From a virus, in IMG/VR virus record IMGVR_UViG_3300030202_002990, positions 1 to 64,000 of that record: 64,000 bases of DNA; one strand, given 5' to 3'. Positions 1 through 10,590 of the stretch are shown here, piece by piece. The first letter of the stretch is position 1, and each line of letters opens with the position of its first letter. The translations under genes were made by a program, and so were the position numbers. Below the pieces are notes generated by a model, which worked only from the letters and a program-made list of their open reading frames with translations, did no database searches and was not told the origin of the DNA.

Positions 1-3000
1 CAGTTGTAGCTAAAGTTCCTCTGACCGTAACCTTTTCAAACTCTGCTTCACCATTGTTTGCAGAAGTAATCCTCCAACCTTGAACTCCACTTGCAAAATC
101 TGATGTTTGAATAATACCAGCAGAATCTATTACCAAGTTTTGACTTGTGATTTGATTAGGACTTAATGACCAACTTGCTATCTGATTTTTAGCGTCACTA
201 AGGTGTACAATCTCATCTGAAGCTGTAGTACCAGTACCATCAAATATTACTAATCCGAAATGACTTGCAGCAGTTGAATCGACCTCACCTATTCTTACTC
301 GTGTAGCACTTCCATCGGAAACTTCTATTCGGGCGGTAGAGGAATCAATATCTAAGTTTGTAGTGTCGAGTAAAAATGTGTCGGTCTTTATATCGACATC
401 AGTTCCATCAAATTTGACATGACGATTCGAACCATCACCCACATAGAATCGTGGAGTTCCACTATTATACTCCAACTGAATACCTTGATTTCCAAATGTA
501 GCATCATTAATAGTAAGTGCTTTATTCGCTGAGTTTAGTGAAATATTTGTACCACTTTTAATCTCGTCAGCATCTATGGTAAAACCACCAATCGTACCAG
601 CGTTAGCAGTAATCGTACCAGTCATGGTCACATCACCATCAGTCGTGGTGGTTAAATTACCAGCTCCTATATTTAAAGTACCATCGGATTTTAAGAAAAA
701 TTTAGAAGAACTTATTTCTATATTACCCTCTGAACCACTTACATATGCACTTCCAGTAGCTCCCATAAAAAATTGTGGAGTCGCTATCGTAACTGAACTA
801 CCACTTAATGTGGTGTCACCAGTACTAAATATTTTTAAACTTCCACCACTACCACTTATAAAATTATTTAAATCTCCTAAGAAAAAGTCAGGTGCCTTTA
901 ATGTAATCTCACTACCACTTATGTTTGCCTTTTGAGTTCTGATATCAATATTAGTACCATCAAACTTAAAAAACTCACTTGAACCATCACCGACATACAT
1001 TCTTGGTGTACCACCATTGTATTCTAATTGTATACCTTGATTTCCAAATGTAGAATCATTTATTGTTAGTGCTTTAGTGGATGAGTTTAAGGCTATATTT
1101 CCAGCGTTTTTAATTTCATCAGAATCAATTGTAAATCCACCGATTTCACCAGTTGTGGCAGATATGTTACCTGACATAATGACATCACCTTCGGCATCTA
1201 AATGAAAATTACTTGAACTAATTTCTATATTACCATTACTACCACTTACAAATTGAGCTGAACTACCTAAGAAAAATTTAGAAGCACTCATTATTAAGTT
1301 AGTATTATCGAAACTTATTCTATTTCCATCAGCATCACCAATTAATACTTTACCAGTTCCATCGGCGTAAAATCCTTTATTAGTGGTGAGTGAGGTTGGT
1401 GGTGTTGCCCCTAATGCTATTTTTCCATCATTAGTTCCACTATCTATTACTAATTTAGTAGTTGCTAAATCAAATGTTTCGGCTTTAATATCTAATCCAC
1501 TACCATTAAATGATATGTAATTATCTCCATCGGATGCTATCTCAAATTTGGCAGTTCCATTGTCGGTTCCAAATATAATACCATCTGTTGATTGGTCAAA
1601 GTGACTAAATGATGTCTTGTCTCCAACCACCAAATACCTATCCGTTCCATCGTCCTTTAAAGTAATCGCGTTTGCTGCACCAACTGTAATTGTTGAGGTA
1701 GAGGCTCCTACTAATTTAATTTTACCTTCACCCAAACTCATACTTGCCTGTGTGGAAGATAACTCTAAATTACTCGCGTCTAATTCAAATTTAGCAGATT
1801 TTATATCAACATCAGCTCCATCAAATTTCAAATGTTTATTAGACCCATCACCTACATAAAATCTTGGTGTTCCACTATTATAGTCGAGTTGGACTCCTTG
1901 AGCTCCAAATGTAGAACTATTAATTGTAATTCTTTTATTGGTAGAATCTAAAGATACATTAGTTCCTTTTTTAATTTCTGTCGGTGTAATATCCCAACCA
2001 GCAATTGAAGCAGATTTAAAAGTAGCTAAACCATTTTCATCTATGGATGAAGAAGCGTTTAGGTCGGTTGATGTTGCCCCACCAATACTTGCAGGTGTTC
2101 TAATTGTATTGGCCGTTATGTCACCTTGAACAGTCAGAGTGGAACCAACAAATTGTAAAAATTGACCTGCTGACTTGTCACCCAATATTACTGCTGAACC
2201 AGTTATCTGTCCACTTGACCTTAATATTAAGCTATCATCTGTCGAAGCAATTGTAGAATCATCAACATCGAATCCACCAATTGATGCAGATACAAACCTT
2301 GCAAATCCTTCTGATGTGATTGATGATGAGGCATTTAATGTCGTAGATGTTGTCCCACCTATTTGTGCAGGTGTTCTTAAATTATTTACTGTTAAATCGG
2401 CATTAATTGTTGCATCTGCTCCAATGATTAATGCGTCATTTGCTGGGTCTAAATGAAATAATGAGGAACTAATTTCGATATTAGAATTACTACCACTCAT
2501 AAATTGAGTGTTGGTATTACCAATAAAGAATGCTTCAGCAACTATATCAATATTACTACCATCGAACTGAACATGATTACCACTTCCACTTCCAATCAAT
2601 AGTTTACCAGTACCATCCACATAGAAACCATTACCACTATTATATGCTGTAGGTGGAACAGGCCCCATCGCTATCTTACCACTATTTACCGAACTATCAA
2701 TTACGATTGTTGAGGCGTCTAAGAAAAATGTTTGTGATTTAAGTGTTATGGTACCTGAGGTGGCATTATATTGAACCCTATTTCCACTACTACTTCCAAG
2801 TAGTAAATTTCCACCACCATCAACGAAGAAACCAGTTCCACTATCGAAAGCTGAAGGTGGTGATGCTCCAAGTGCAATACTACCCGTACTATCACTTTTC
2901 ATCACTAATGTCGATGCATCTAAATCAAATGTATCGGTCTTGAGTTCTATTGAATTTCCAGTAGAATCAAATTTAAAGAAGTTTGATGAGTTCCCAAAAA

Positions 3001-6000
3001 GTAGGAAGTCACCACTTCCACTCATAAAGATACCTTTATTTGTTCCTGCTATTGATGTGTTAGGTGTTGTACCAAGTGCAATACTTCCACCACCTGCCGA
3101 ATCAACATCAAAAGTAGAGGTATCAAGTTTAAAAGTATCAGTACTTATATCTAATCCAGTTCCATTAAATTTTATATGACCACCACTTCCTACCGCTGAA
3201 AATAATGGTGTTGTACCACTCGCAACTGCAAGTATTATTCCTGTTTCTCCAAAAGCTTTATCTGCAAGAGCTACACTTGGTTGTAATGCTATAAATGGAC
3301 TATTACTATTACCTCTTATAACAACTTCTTGACCAGTTCCCAAAGACATGGAAGCGTGTGTCGTAGATAGTTCAAGTGAAGGTGTATCTAATTCAAATAA
3401 AGTTGTCTTAATTGATACACCATTACTCGAATCATATCTTAAAAAGTTTTGGGCCCCATCACCAGCGTAAAATCTTGGACTTCCACCATTGAATCCTAAT
3501 TGTATTCCTTCATTTGCGAAGGTATGAGAGTTTATGGATATTTCTGAATTATCTCCATTAGCATTAAGTCTAATTCCACTACCATTACTTGTTAAATTTG
3601 TATCATTTATTGTCCAACCTGCTATTTCACCACCACTAAATTTAGCGTTAGAACCTGTTATATCACCATTCTGTTTTACATTAAATTTTGAGGTGCTAAT
3701 GAACATATATCTTGGGTCATCAACTCCACCCTCTAATGGACTACCACTAATGAATAGGTCACTACTGAATAAAGAGGAACTACCAATTGTAAATCCACCG
3801 ATTAAACCTGAACTTGCAGATATTGAACCTTGAAATGTAGCTCCACTTGCAAATAAAATACCATCCTTATCCACACCAAAGTTTGGCCCCATCTTTATGT
3901 AATAACCTGACGAGTCACCACCTTCAGGTGTAAAGTCTATATAATACTCATCTCTTAATTGTGGAAAGGCTGCTGAACTATCAGTATTAGGTCCTTGGTC
4001 TGATTTATAAAGTGCTGCACCATCTGCATCTAATGTAGCATTTGAACCTGATAATTTACTACCAAATATTTTCCAACCAGCTATTGAACCCGATTTAAAT
4101 GTTGCTAGTCCGTCTGCGGTTATGGAAGCAGATGCATTTAATACTGTAGAAGGTGAACCTGCTATAACTGCTGGTGTTGTAATTGAATCAACGGTGATAT
4201 CACCACGAACAGTTAATACATTATCTATGTATTGTAAATATTGAGCGGCAGATTTGTCACCGAGTAAAACTGCAGAACCTGTTATTTCTCCAGTATCTTT
4301 TAATTTTAATATTTCACCAACAGAAACCGTTCCCTCAGAAACATCTAATCCACCTACACTTCCACCTTCAAGTTGTAATGACGATGCTGATACCTCACCA
4401 GTTGCCCTTACTTGAAAGTTTGATGATGATATAAAGAAATCTGTGCCTGTTGCAGAACCACTTATAAAAAAGTTTGGTCTGTCATTGGGTCCTGAAAATA
4501 AAGAGTCGTTATTAAGTTTAAATGCACCTATTGAGGCAGATACAAACCTAGCAAAACCTTCAGATGTAATGGCTGCCTTTGCAGTTTGTGCATTAGTACC
4601 AGCTGGTGAGAATATATTATTAACACTTAAATCTGCATTTATAACAGCATCAGCTCCAATTGTTAATAAATCATTCTTTGGGTCTAAGTGAAACAACGAT
4701 GAACTAATTTCGATATTACCACCACTACCACTTATGAACTGTAATGGCTCTTGACCTATAAAAAATGCATCTGTTCTGATATCGAGTTCTGCTGGGTCTG
4801 TTCTAAATCTAAAGTAACTTCCACTATGTCCAACTAATTCTAATCCAACTCCACCGTTTGCATAATCATCTGTAATGTTTGATAACACCGAACCACTATA
4901 TAGTAGAAAACCAGGTCCTTGACTTGGATACGCTGAACCACTTGTAAATCCTTTGTATCCAATACTACGAAGAAATCCTGAACTAACACCTGCCATTTCG
5001 ATACCACCACCGATTGAACTACCGATGAACATGGAACCACTTAATACATTATCATCTCCAAGTATGTAAGAATTACCACCTTGAAATGTTGATGCCGAAG
5101 CAAATGATATTGTTTCTGCAATATTATTATTTACATCATAAAATTCCGCCAAGAACTCGTAATCATCAGGTCGCTCTTGAGTTAATGGTGGTACAGGTGC
5201 TATAACTTGTATAAAATTAGGTGAAAATCCAGTATCAGTAGCAGGAGTAATACTTACATCGGATACATGAAATCTTCCACCAAATACTACAAATTGTAAA
5301 ACTCCTGTTCCATCCCTTACTGGTGAAAAGGTCTCGTTTATTGTTCCGAAATCTTGTATATTACCATCTGTAACTTTTAAGAAGCCTGGTTTATTATTTA
5401 TATTAGTTAATTGAAATCCAAGTTGACTTCCAAAATCATGGTTGTTTTCAAAACCTGAACCCGAAATAAATATTGCTGCTAAACCTTGATTTGATATGGA
5501 TTCATCTATATTTGTTTTAGGTCCTGTGAAACCTAATACATTTGCACTTATTTCATATTCCGTATCTTTGAGGTAACTTATTGGTAATGAACCAGTTTGT
5601 TGGAACAATAGGAAGTCATCCTTACCTAAATTCGATCCTGAAACCGCTACTGAATTTAATATATATTGAGAGTCTTGAGTCAATAATGTATTTGAGCCAG
5701 ATGACCAATATAAATTTACATGGTCTTGACTGTGAAAGTAACCAATTCTTTGATTACCTGCTCCAAATACATTAAATAATAATTCAGGTGATTCAATTTG
5801 TTGGTCGGACACCATTTCAAAATCACCAAAGGCATCCTTATTTCTTGCGTAAACTTTAACCCTATCTATATCTCCACTAAATGTTCTTAACCTTGATAAT
5901 CTAATATCAGCATATGACCTAAAATTTACAGTCGATATTGATTGAGTTGGTAATGGTGAAAATGAAGCAGTAAACTCAAACCCTTCATTTGCTAGTGGAA

Positions 6001-6964
6001 CAATTACTTCCCTTTCAGGTGAATCTTCATCGAAACGAGTATCTATTATTGTAAATGGTGTACTTGGTATTAGTGTTTCGGCATTTTTAACATTCTCAAT
6101 GTCACTTTTATATGAAGTAGGAACTTCATGAAAATCTTTAAGTTCAAATTTAGAAGTATCAACTTGAGGATTTTTTATTGTTAATTCACCACCAATTAAT
6201 TTTGCATCAAATTCATTACCTGCCTTTTTAGTAATGGTGAATTTGTCTCCCTCTGGTGATGAGCGACGGGCTCTTCTTCTACCCTTCCTTACAAATGAAT
6301 TATTACCACCTCCACCGAATAGTTTAGTACGAAATGAATTTTTTTCTTTCTTTAGAAATTTACCAGGTTCTTCAATTTGTTTAGTATTTGTTGTATTACC
6401 TAACTCTTCAGGTGATGGTTCACCAGTAACATTACCTGTTTGTTGAACAGAACCACTTGGTGTAGTTGTAGTTATATAAGGTTTTACAATCTCTGAAACA
6501 ACCATTCTTGGTTGTTGATAAAAAAGTATTGGTTGAGTATTTACCCCAGCGGCACTAACATAAATTTTTCTTGTATATCTTACATTGTAAACACCTTGAA
6601 AATCAATAGGTACATCGGTCTTTGAGGGGTCAAGTTCACCAACTACGGTTAATGTTGAATCACCAAATAAATTAATATCTTCGTAAACTTCGACAGAAAC
6701 TCTACGAGAAGTACCTTCGAGATAACCAGCTACAGGCTCGGTATAGACTACAGCACCTGTATCATCATTCGTAATTTCGAATTTTATTTCAGTCTGAGGT
6801 TTTAATAGATTTGAACCACCGATTAAGAAAGAACTTTTACCTTGAGTTATTACCTCAGGTACTTCAACTACATTAAAATAGAGAGATATTGGTGCGTCAT
6901 CTTCAATCAAAACATCAATATTTGCTAAACCTTGTGGCTCATTAAATCGTCTTGGGACTGACAT
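1..6964 (-). CDS. Very large tail fibre / host-specificity-like virion protein (>2320 aa, 3' end outside window)
   Basis: Not in the ORF track. ATG at 6964 with AGGAG SD; reads MSVPRRFNEPQGLANIDV. The same frame gives FISGSGGNIEISSSLFHLD near 4738 and NNGEAEFEKVTVRGTLATT at the window edge. Gly/Ser-rich internal repeats. Frame spot-checked, not read at every codon. Confidence 0.8.
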   Translation of the reverse strand, partial: MSVPRRFNEPQGLANIDVLIEDDAPISLYFNVVEVPEVITQGKSSFLIGGSNLLKPQTEIKFEITNDDTGAVVYTEPVAGYLEGTSRRVSVEVYEDINLFGDSTLTVVGELDPSKTDVPIDFQGVYNVRYTRKIYVSAAGVNTQPILFYQQPRMVVSEIVKPYITTTTPSGSVQQTGNVTGEPSPEELGNTTNTKQIEEPGKFLKKEKNSFRTKLFGGGGNNSFVRKGRRRARRSSPEGDKFTITKKAGNEFDAKLIGGELTIKNPQVDTSKFELKDFHEVPTSYKSDIENVKNAETLIPSTPFTIIDTRFDEDSPEREVIVPLANEGFEFTASFSPLPTQSISTVNFRSYADIRLSRLRTFSGDIDRVKVYARNKDAFGDFEMVSDQQIESPELLFNVFGAGNQRIGYFHSQDHVNLYWSSGSNTLLTQDSQYILNSVAVSGSNLGKDDFLLFQQTGSLPISYLKDTEYEISANVLGFTGPKTNIDESISNQGLAAIFISGSGFENNHDFGSQLGFQLTNINNKPGFLKVTDGNIQDFGTINETFSPVRDGTGVLQFVVFGGRFHVSDVSITPATDTGFSPNFIQVIAPVPPLTQERPDDYEFLAEFYDVNNNIAETISFASASTFQGGNSYILGDDNVLSGSMFIGSSIGGGIEMAGVSSGFLRSIGYKGFTSGSAYPSQGPGFLLYSGSVLSNITDDYANGGVGLELVGHSGSYFRFRTDPAELDIRTDAFFIGQEPLQFISGSGGNIEISSSLFHLDPKNDLLTIGADAVINADLSVNNIFSPAGTNAQTAKAAITSEGFARFVSASIGAFKLNNDSLFSGPNDRPNFFISGSATGTDFFISSSNFQVRATGEVSASSLQLEGGSVGGLDVSEGTVSVGEILKLKDTGEITGSAVLLGDKSAAQYLQYIDNVLTVRGDITVDSITTPAVIAGSPSTVLNASASITADGLATFKSGSIAGWKIFGSKLSGSNATLDADGAALYKSDQGPNTDSSAAFPQLRDEYYIDFTPEGGDSSGYYIKMGPNFGVDKDGILFASGATFQGSISASSGLIGGFTIGSSSLFSSDLFISGSPLEGGVDDPRYMFISTSKFNVKQNGDITGSNAKFSGGEIAGWTINDTNLTSNGSGIRLNANGDNSEISINSHTFANEGIQLGFNGGSPRFYAGDGAQNFLRYDSSNGVSIKTTLFELDTPSLELSTTHASMSLGTGQEVVIRGNSNSPFIALQPSVALADKAFGETGIILAVASGTTPLFSAVGSGGHIKFNGTGLDISTDTFKLDTSTFDVDSAGGGSIALGTTPNTSIAGTNKGIFMSGSGDFLLFGNSSNFFKFDSTGNSIELKTDTFDLDASTLVMKSDSTGSIALGASPPSAFDSGTGFFVDGGGNLLLGSSSGNRVQYNATSGTITLKSQTFFLDASTIVIDSSVNSGKIAMGPVPPTAYNSGNGFYVDGTGKLLIGSGSGNHVQFDGSNIDIVAEAFFIGNTNTQFMSGSNSNIEISSSLFHLDPANDALIIGADATINADLTVNNLRTPAQIGGTTSTTLNASSSITSEGFARFVSASIGGFDVDDSTIASTDDSLILRSSGQITGSAVILGDKSAGQFLQFVGSTLTVQGDITANTIRTPASIGGATSTDLNASSSIDENGLATFKSASIAGWDITPTEIKKGTNVSLDSTNKRITINSSTFGAQGVQLDYNSGTPRFYVGDGSNKHLKFDGADVDIKSAKFELDASNLELSSTQASMSLGEGKIKLVGASTSTITVGAANAITLKDDGTDRYLVVGDKTSFSHFDQSTDGIIFGTDNGTAKFEIASDGDNYISFNGSGLDIKAETFDLATTKLVIDSGTNDGKIALGATPPTSLTTNKGFYADGTGKVLIGDADGNRISFDNTNLIMSASKFFLGSSAQFVSGSNGNIEISSSNFHLDAEGDVIMSGNISATTGEIGGFTIDSDEIKNAGNIALNSSTKALTINDSTFGNQGIQLEYNGGTPRMYVGDGSSEFFKFDGTNIDIRTQKANISGSEITLKAPDFFLGDLNNFISGSGGSLKIFSTGDTTLSGSSVTIATPQFFMGATGSAYVSGSEGNIEISSSKFFLKSDGTLNIGAGNLTTTTDGDVTMTGTITANAGTIGGFTIDADEIKSGTNISLNSANKALTINDATFGNQGIQLEYNSGTPRFYVGDGSNRHVKFDGTDVDIKTDTFLLDTTNLDIDSSTARIEVSDGSATRVRIGEVDSTAASHFGLVIFDGTGTTASDEIVHLSDAKNQIASWSLSPNQITSQNLVIDSAGIIQTSDFASGVQGWRITSANNGEAEFEKVTVRGTLATT

Positions 6965-7056
6965 TAAGAGATTTCTCCTATAAGATGTTTTAAATAAATA
7001 TCTAAATTTATGAAATTGACTATTTATGGTATGGATAAAGTAAGGAGATTATCGGT

Positions 7057-7230
7057 ATGAAAAAAGAAAAAGTTTCTTTTACCGTAGATAGAGATTTATA
7101 CTTGTGGTTTAAACTTCATGTGAAGGACGAAAGAACAAGTATGAGCGCACTTGTAAACAAATATATAATGGATTTAAAGAATAGTAGAGAAAGTAGACCT
7201 AAAAATCTACTAAAAACTAATCAAAATTAA
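7057..7230 (+). CDS. Ribbon-helix-helix (CopG/Arc-like) DNA-binding protein, 57 aa
   Basis: Hand translation MKKEKVSFTVDRDLYLWFKLHVKDERTSMSALVNKYIMDLK; alternating beta strand then two helices with SMSALV; AAGGAG SD upstream. Confidence 0.7.
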   Translation: MKKEKVSFTVDRDLYLWFKLHVKDERTSMSALVNKYIMDLKNSRESRPKNLLKTNQN

Positions 7231-10200
7231 TCTGACTATAACCTTTTTCTTTCTTGATTTCTAATAGGGAATCTACAGTATCTCTCATGGATTCAATATG
7301 AGATACAATGAAACAGAATTGAAATTGTGATTTTAAGTATTGAAATAACATATAGACAGAATTTAGGTTATCTGAATCCATATTTCCAAAACCCTCATCA
7401 ATAGCTAAAAAGTTTGGTCTTGGTAGATTACACACATTAATCAATCCAACACGAATAGCTAATGAACTAATGAATCGTTCCATACCACTTGATAACTCCA
7501 ACGGCCATACATTATCTTCATCATATGTCAGGTAAGTATTGATATTTTTACCATCCATTTCTAACACAATACCAAAATCAACCATCTGAGAAAGTATATC
7601 ATTTACCTCACCCTCAATTGTAGGTAGTGCCTTTTCAATCAATTCATAAGGTACTCCATCTCGTTTGATGGCGTCCATGTAGTATTTGTAAGCTTCTTGT
7701 TTAGTTTCTAAATCTTGAACCTCATTCATGGTATCTAAGATGGTTTTTTTCTTTGTTTCATTTACTTGTATTTCAGCATGAGCTGTTTGTATTTTAGAAT
7801 CGATAGTATCTATTTGGTATTCCAAGTCATCAATCTTATTCTTTAATTTATCTATATCGTTTTCGACTTTATTATTATATTCTATATCAGTTTCACTATC
7901 GTTATACTTCTGTATTTTTTCTTCTAATTGTTTTATCTTAAGTAAAGTAGTTTTTTTCTTTTCCTTAAGTAATGTTGACTCTGAATCTAAACGGTTCTGT
8001 GAGATTTCAATATCTCTTAACGCCTCAACAGTTCTATCATAATCTACTTTCTTATCATGATACTCCATTAACTCAGATACTTTATCATCTATACCATCCA
8101 ACTCACCTAATTTTTCTCTGGCCAATCCTTTATCATTATCAAGTGATTCCTTTGTACTTATAGCATCTAATGTAAATGGATTACTCATACAATAATCACA
8201 ATTATCATCCCATTCTAAATGACCAAGTTTTTCAATTTTATCAAGTTTATTTTTTACTTCGATTTTTAATTTATCGATATCAACTTTTATTTCTTTTTTA
8301 TGTTCTTGAAAATGAGTCAACTGAAGATACTTTCCATTTACATCCTCATCAGAATATACATTTATCTTTCGTTTAAACTCTTTTATCTTAGTCTTGTTGT
8401 CTTGTTGTGTTCCAACTAACGAACCCATACGAGTATCAATACCTAATAATTCTTCTTCTAATAAATCTCTACCACTTTCAAGTTTATCAATATCCATGAT
8501 AGATTCATCAATAGGTTTTAACTTTTTGGTCATCTGTATAACTTGATTACTGAAATCAGTTCTCCTATCTGTAAGACTTTTTTTCTGATTTCTTAAATCT
8601 GACTGTACTTGTTCGTATTGTTTGTTTTGTTTTTCTAAATCAGCAAGTTCAACATCATAATCTGTTCTATTAAAGTTTCTTAATATAGCAGAGACTTCGT
8701 TTATTTCTTCACTAGCTCTTGTATATAGTAAATCAAAAATACCCATTCCCATAAATTGAGCTAAAAGGTCTTTTCTTTCCTTCTGTGTTTTATCAATAAA
8801 AACAGTTGAGTTGTTCTGTAATGAAAGTGCCGTTAACACAAAATCTTCGTATGTACCAATTACCCTTTTGATATTCAAATTAGTAGTTCGTCTTTGGTCT
8901 CCATTTAACGACACAACCTCATCACTATCATCAATCATCCAAAAGTTAACATCTACCTTCACATGACCATTTCGTTGTTTTTTGGCCTTCCTTTCAATAA
9001 AATAATCGGTGTCATCTATCACCAAATGTGCTTTACAATTAAACTGACCTTTTTTGTTATTCAATACATTACCAGCTTTAAAGGCCCGTGAAGAAGTATC
9101 AAATAAACAGAATGATACGGCATCTAATAAAGATGATTTACCACTTGCGTTTGGTGCGAACATTCCAATAATCCCATTGAGTTTAGTGAAGTCTATTACA
9201 TTATCTTCACCATAACTAAACATATTCGACCATTCAAATCTTTTAATTTTCCAAAATATATTTCTATTTACATCATCATCAGGTAGGTCTGAATTTAATT
9301 CATCATTAATGTCTTTTATCTTTAATAATGTTTTCTCATCTACAATATGATTTCTACCTAAATAATCCTCTATTAATTCATACTGAAAATCAGGATTCTG
9401 TACATCTCCAACATCAACAATTTGACCATCTCTAACCCTTTCGGTCAATCTATCAGTTCTCGATACAGCTATCTCCTTTATACCATATTTGGTCTGTATT
9501 ATACTCAAGGCCTTCTTAAGTTGTACCGAGTCGGTATCTTGTACCCTTACTCTTAACCTGGCCTTTTCTGGCATATCCTTTACATTAGGAACTTTACCTT
9601 CTGTGATATCCATTGTGTAATATCCATAATCATTATGGATTCTAATATATTTAGATTTTCTCTTTGGAACATCCCATAGTAAATAACCGTGGTCTAAACC
9701 TTCACCATGATTCTGTTGAACCAATGAACCACAATAAGATATAGTTTCTTCCTTATTTAGATGTTGTCGTTTATGAATATCACCAAGTAATCCCATATCG
9801 TATCCATCAAATTTTGTAATCTTTACATCACTTGGTAATCTATATCCTAAATCAGTCTCACATCTATCTACGGTTCCATGAAACAATACAATTTTAGTAT
9901 CACCTTCTACTTGGTCTGATGTGATAAAGTCTTTTTCATCACTCCAACAATCCCAAACTACGAATTGTGTATCGGCACAAGTATAGATACCACTATCCTT
10001 TAGATAATGTAAATCAGGATGATTCAGATTTTCAACTATTGGAGTAAGCACATCCATACGAGAACGATTGTTTAAATTACAATCGTGATTACCAGCAATT
10101 ATTATTGTGGGAACTATGTCGGATAGATTCTTAAATAACCTTGATAGTTGGTCAACCAATTCAGGTGACATATCAGTTTTAGAGTGTGCAATATCACCAC

Positions 10201-10366
10201 CTATATAAGCAACAGCATTGTCTTTGTTTTCTCTGACCTTTTCGTAGAGACGATTGAATACTTCTTCGTATTCTGTGTGTCGCTTTAAGTTTCGGATTTG
10301 TATGTCCGAAATGTGATGTATGTGTTTAAGTTTTCGAAAAGGAACTTTTACAACATTTTTTATCAA
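7217..10366 (-). CDS. Fused Mre11/SbcD nuclease - Rad50/SbcC ATPase (T4 gp47-gp46-like)
   Basis: Phosphoesterase motifs SDIQ, GGDIAH, AGNHD, FHG, GDIHK; Walker A APNASGKSS; coiled coil with CDYC zinc hook; signature LSSGME; Walker B LAIDEGFG; IVSH. Confidence 0.92.
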   Translation of the reverse strand: MIKNVVKVPFRKLKHIHHISDIQIRNLKRHTEYEEVFNRLYEKVRENKDNAVAYIGGDIAHSKTDMSPELVDQLSRLFKNLSDIVPTIIIAGNHDCNLNNRSRMDVLTPIVENLNHPDLHYLKDSGIYTCADTQFVVWDCWSDEKDFITSDQVEGDTKIVLFHGTVDRCETDLGYRLPSDVKITKFDGYDMGLLGDIHKRQHLNKEETISYCGSLVQQNHGEGLDHGYLLWDVPKRKSKYIRIHNDYGYYTMDITEGKVPNVKDMPEKARLRVRVQDTDSVQLKKALSIIQTKYGIKEIAVSRTDRLTERVRDGQIVDVGDVQNPDFQYELIEDYLGRNHIVDEKTLLKIKDINDELNSDLPDDDVNRNIFWKIKRFEWSNMFSYGEDNVIDFTKLNGIIGMFAPNASGKSSLLDAVSFCLFDTSSRAFKAGNVLNNKKGQFNCKAHLVIDDTDYFIERKAKKQRNGHVKVDVNFWMIDDSDEVVSLNGDQRRTTNLNIKRVIGTYEDFVLTALSLQNNSTVFIDKTQKERKDLLAQFMGMGIFDLLYTRASEEINEVSAILRNFNRTDYDVELADLEKQNKQYEQVQSDLRNQKKSLTDRRTDFSNQVIQMTKKLKPIDESIMDIDKLESGRDLLEEELLGIDTRMGSLVGTQQDNKTKIKEFKRKINVYSDEDVNGKYLQLTHFQEHKKEIKVDIDKLKIEVKNKLDKIEKLGHLEWDDNCDYCMSNPFTLDAISTKESLDNDKGLAREKLGELDGIDDKVSELMEYHDKKVDYDRTVEALRDIEISQNRLDSESTLLKEKKKTTLLKIKQLEEKIQKYNDSETDIEYNNKVENDIDKLKNKIDDLEYQIDTIDSKIQTAHAEIQVNETKKKTILDTMNEVQDLETKQEAYKYYMDAIKRDGVPYELIEKALPTIEGEVNDILSQMVDFGIVLEMDGKNINTYLTYDEDNVWPLELSSGMERFISSLAIRVGLINVCNLPRPNFLAIDEGFGNMDSDNLNSVYMLFQYLKSQFQFCFIVSHIESMRDTVDSLLEIKKEKGYSQINFD

Positions 10367-10590
10367 CTATTATCCTTGATGTATTTTTTGACTTTTGTAA
10401 TGAGTTTGTTGGGTACTATTAAATCCCATGAAGTTTCTTCTTTCCATGTTCCACTTTCATAATAAGTAGTTGTGGAATTTCCAAGATTGAATTTTTTTAG
10501 CACTTCTTCTTTTAGTTGTCCACTTGTGATGTGAACTTTCCATTCTTCATCGTTAAATTTCCAAATCGATTCCTGCTGTTTTCTTGCCAC
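10363..10590 (-). CDS. Hypothetical protein
   Basis: 75-aa ORF packed between primase and SbcDC with overlapping ends. Confidence 0.6.
   Translation of the reverse strand: MARKQQESIWKFNDEEWKVHITSGQLKEEVLKKFNLGNSTTTYYESGTWKEETSWDLIVPNKLITKVKKYIKDNS

Noticed and set aside
576-6446. Many plus-strand ORFs and the short minus ORF 4840-5040
   Set aside because: Antisense or off-frame shadows of the long minus-strand tail-fibre gene; no SD or recognisable motifs.
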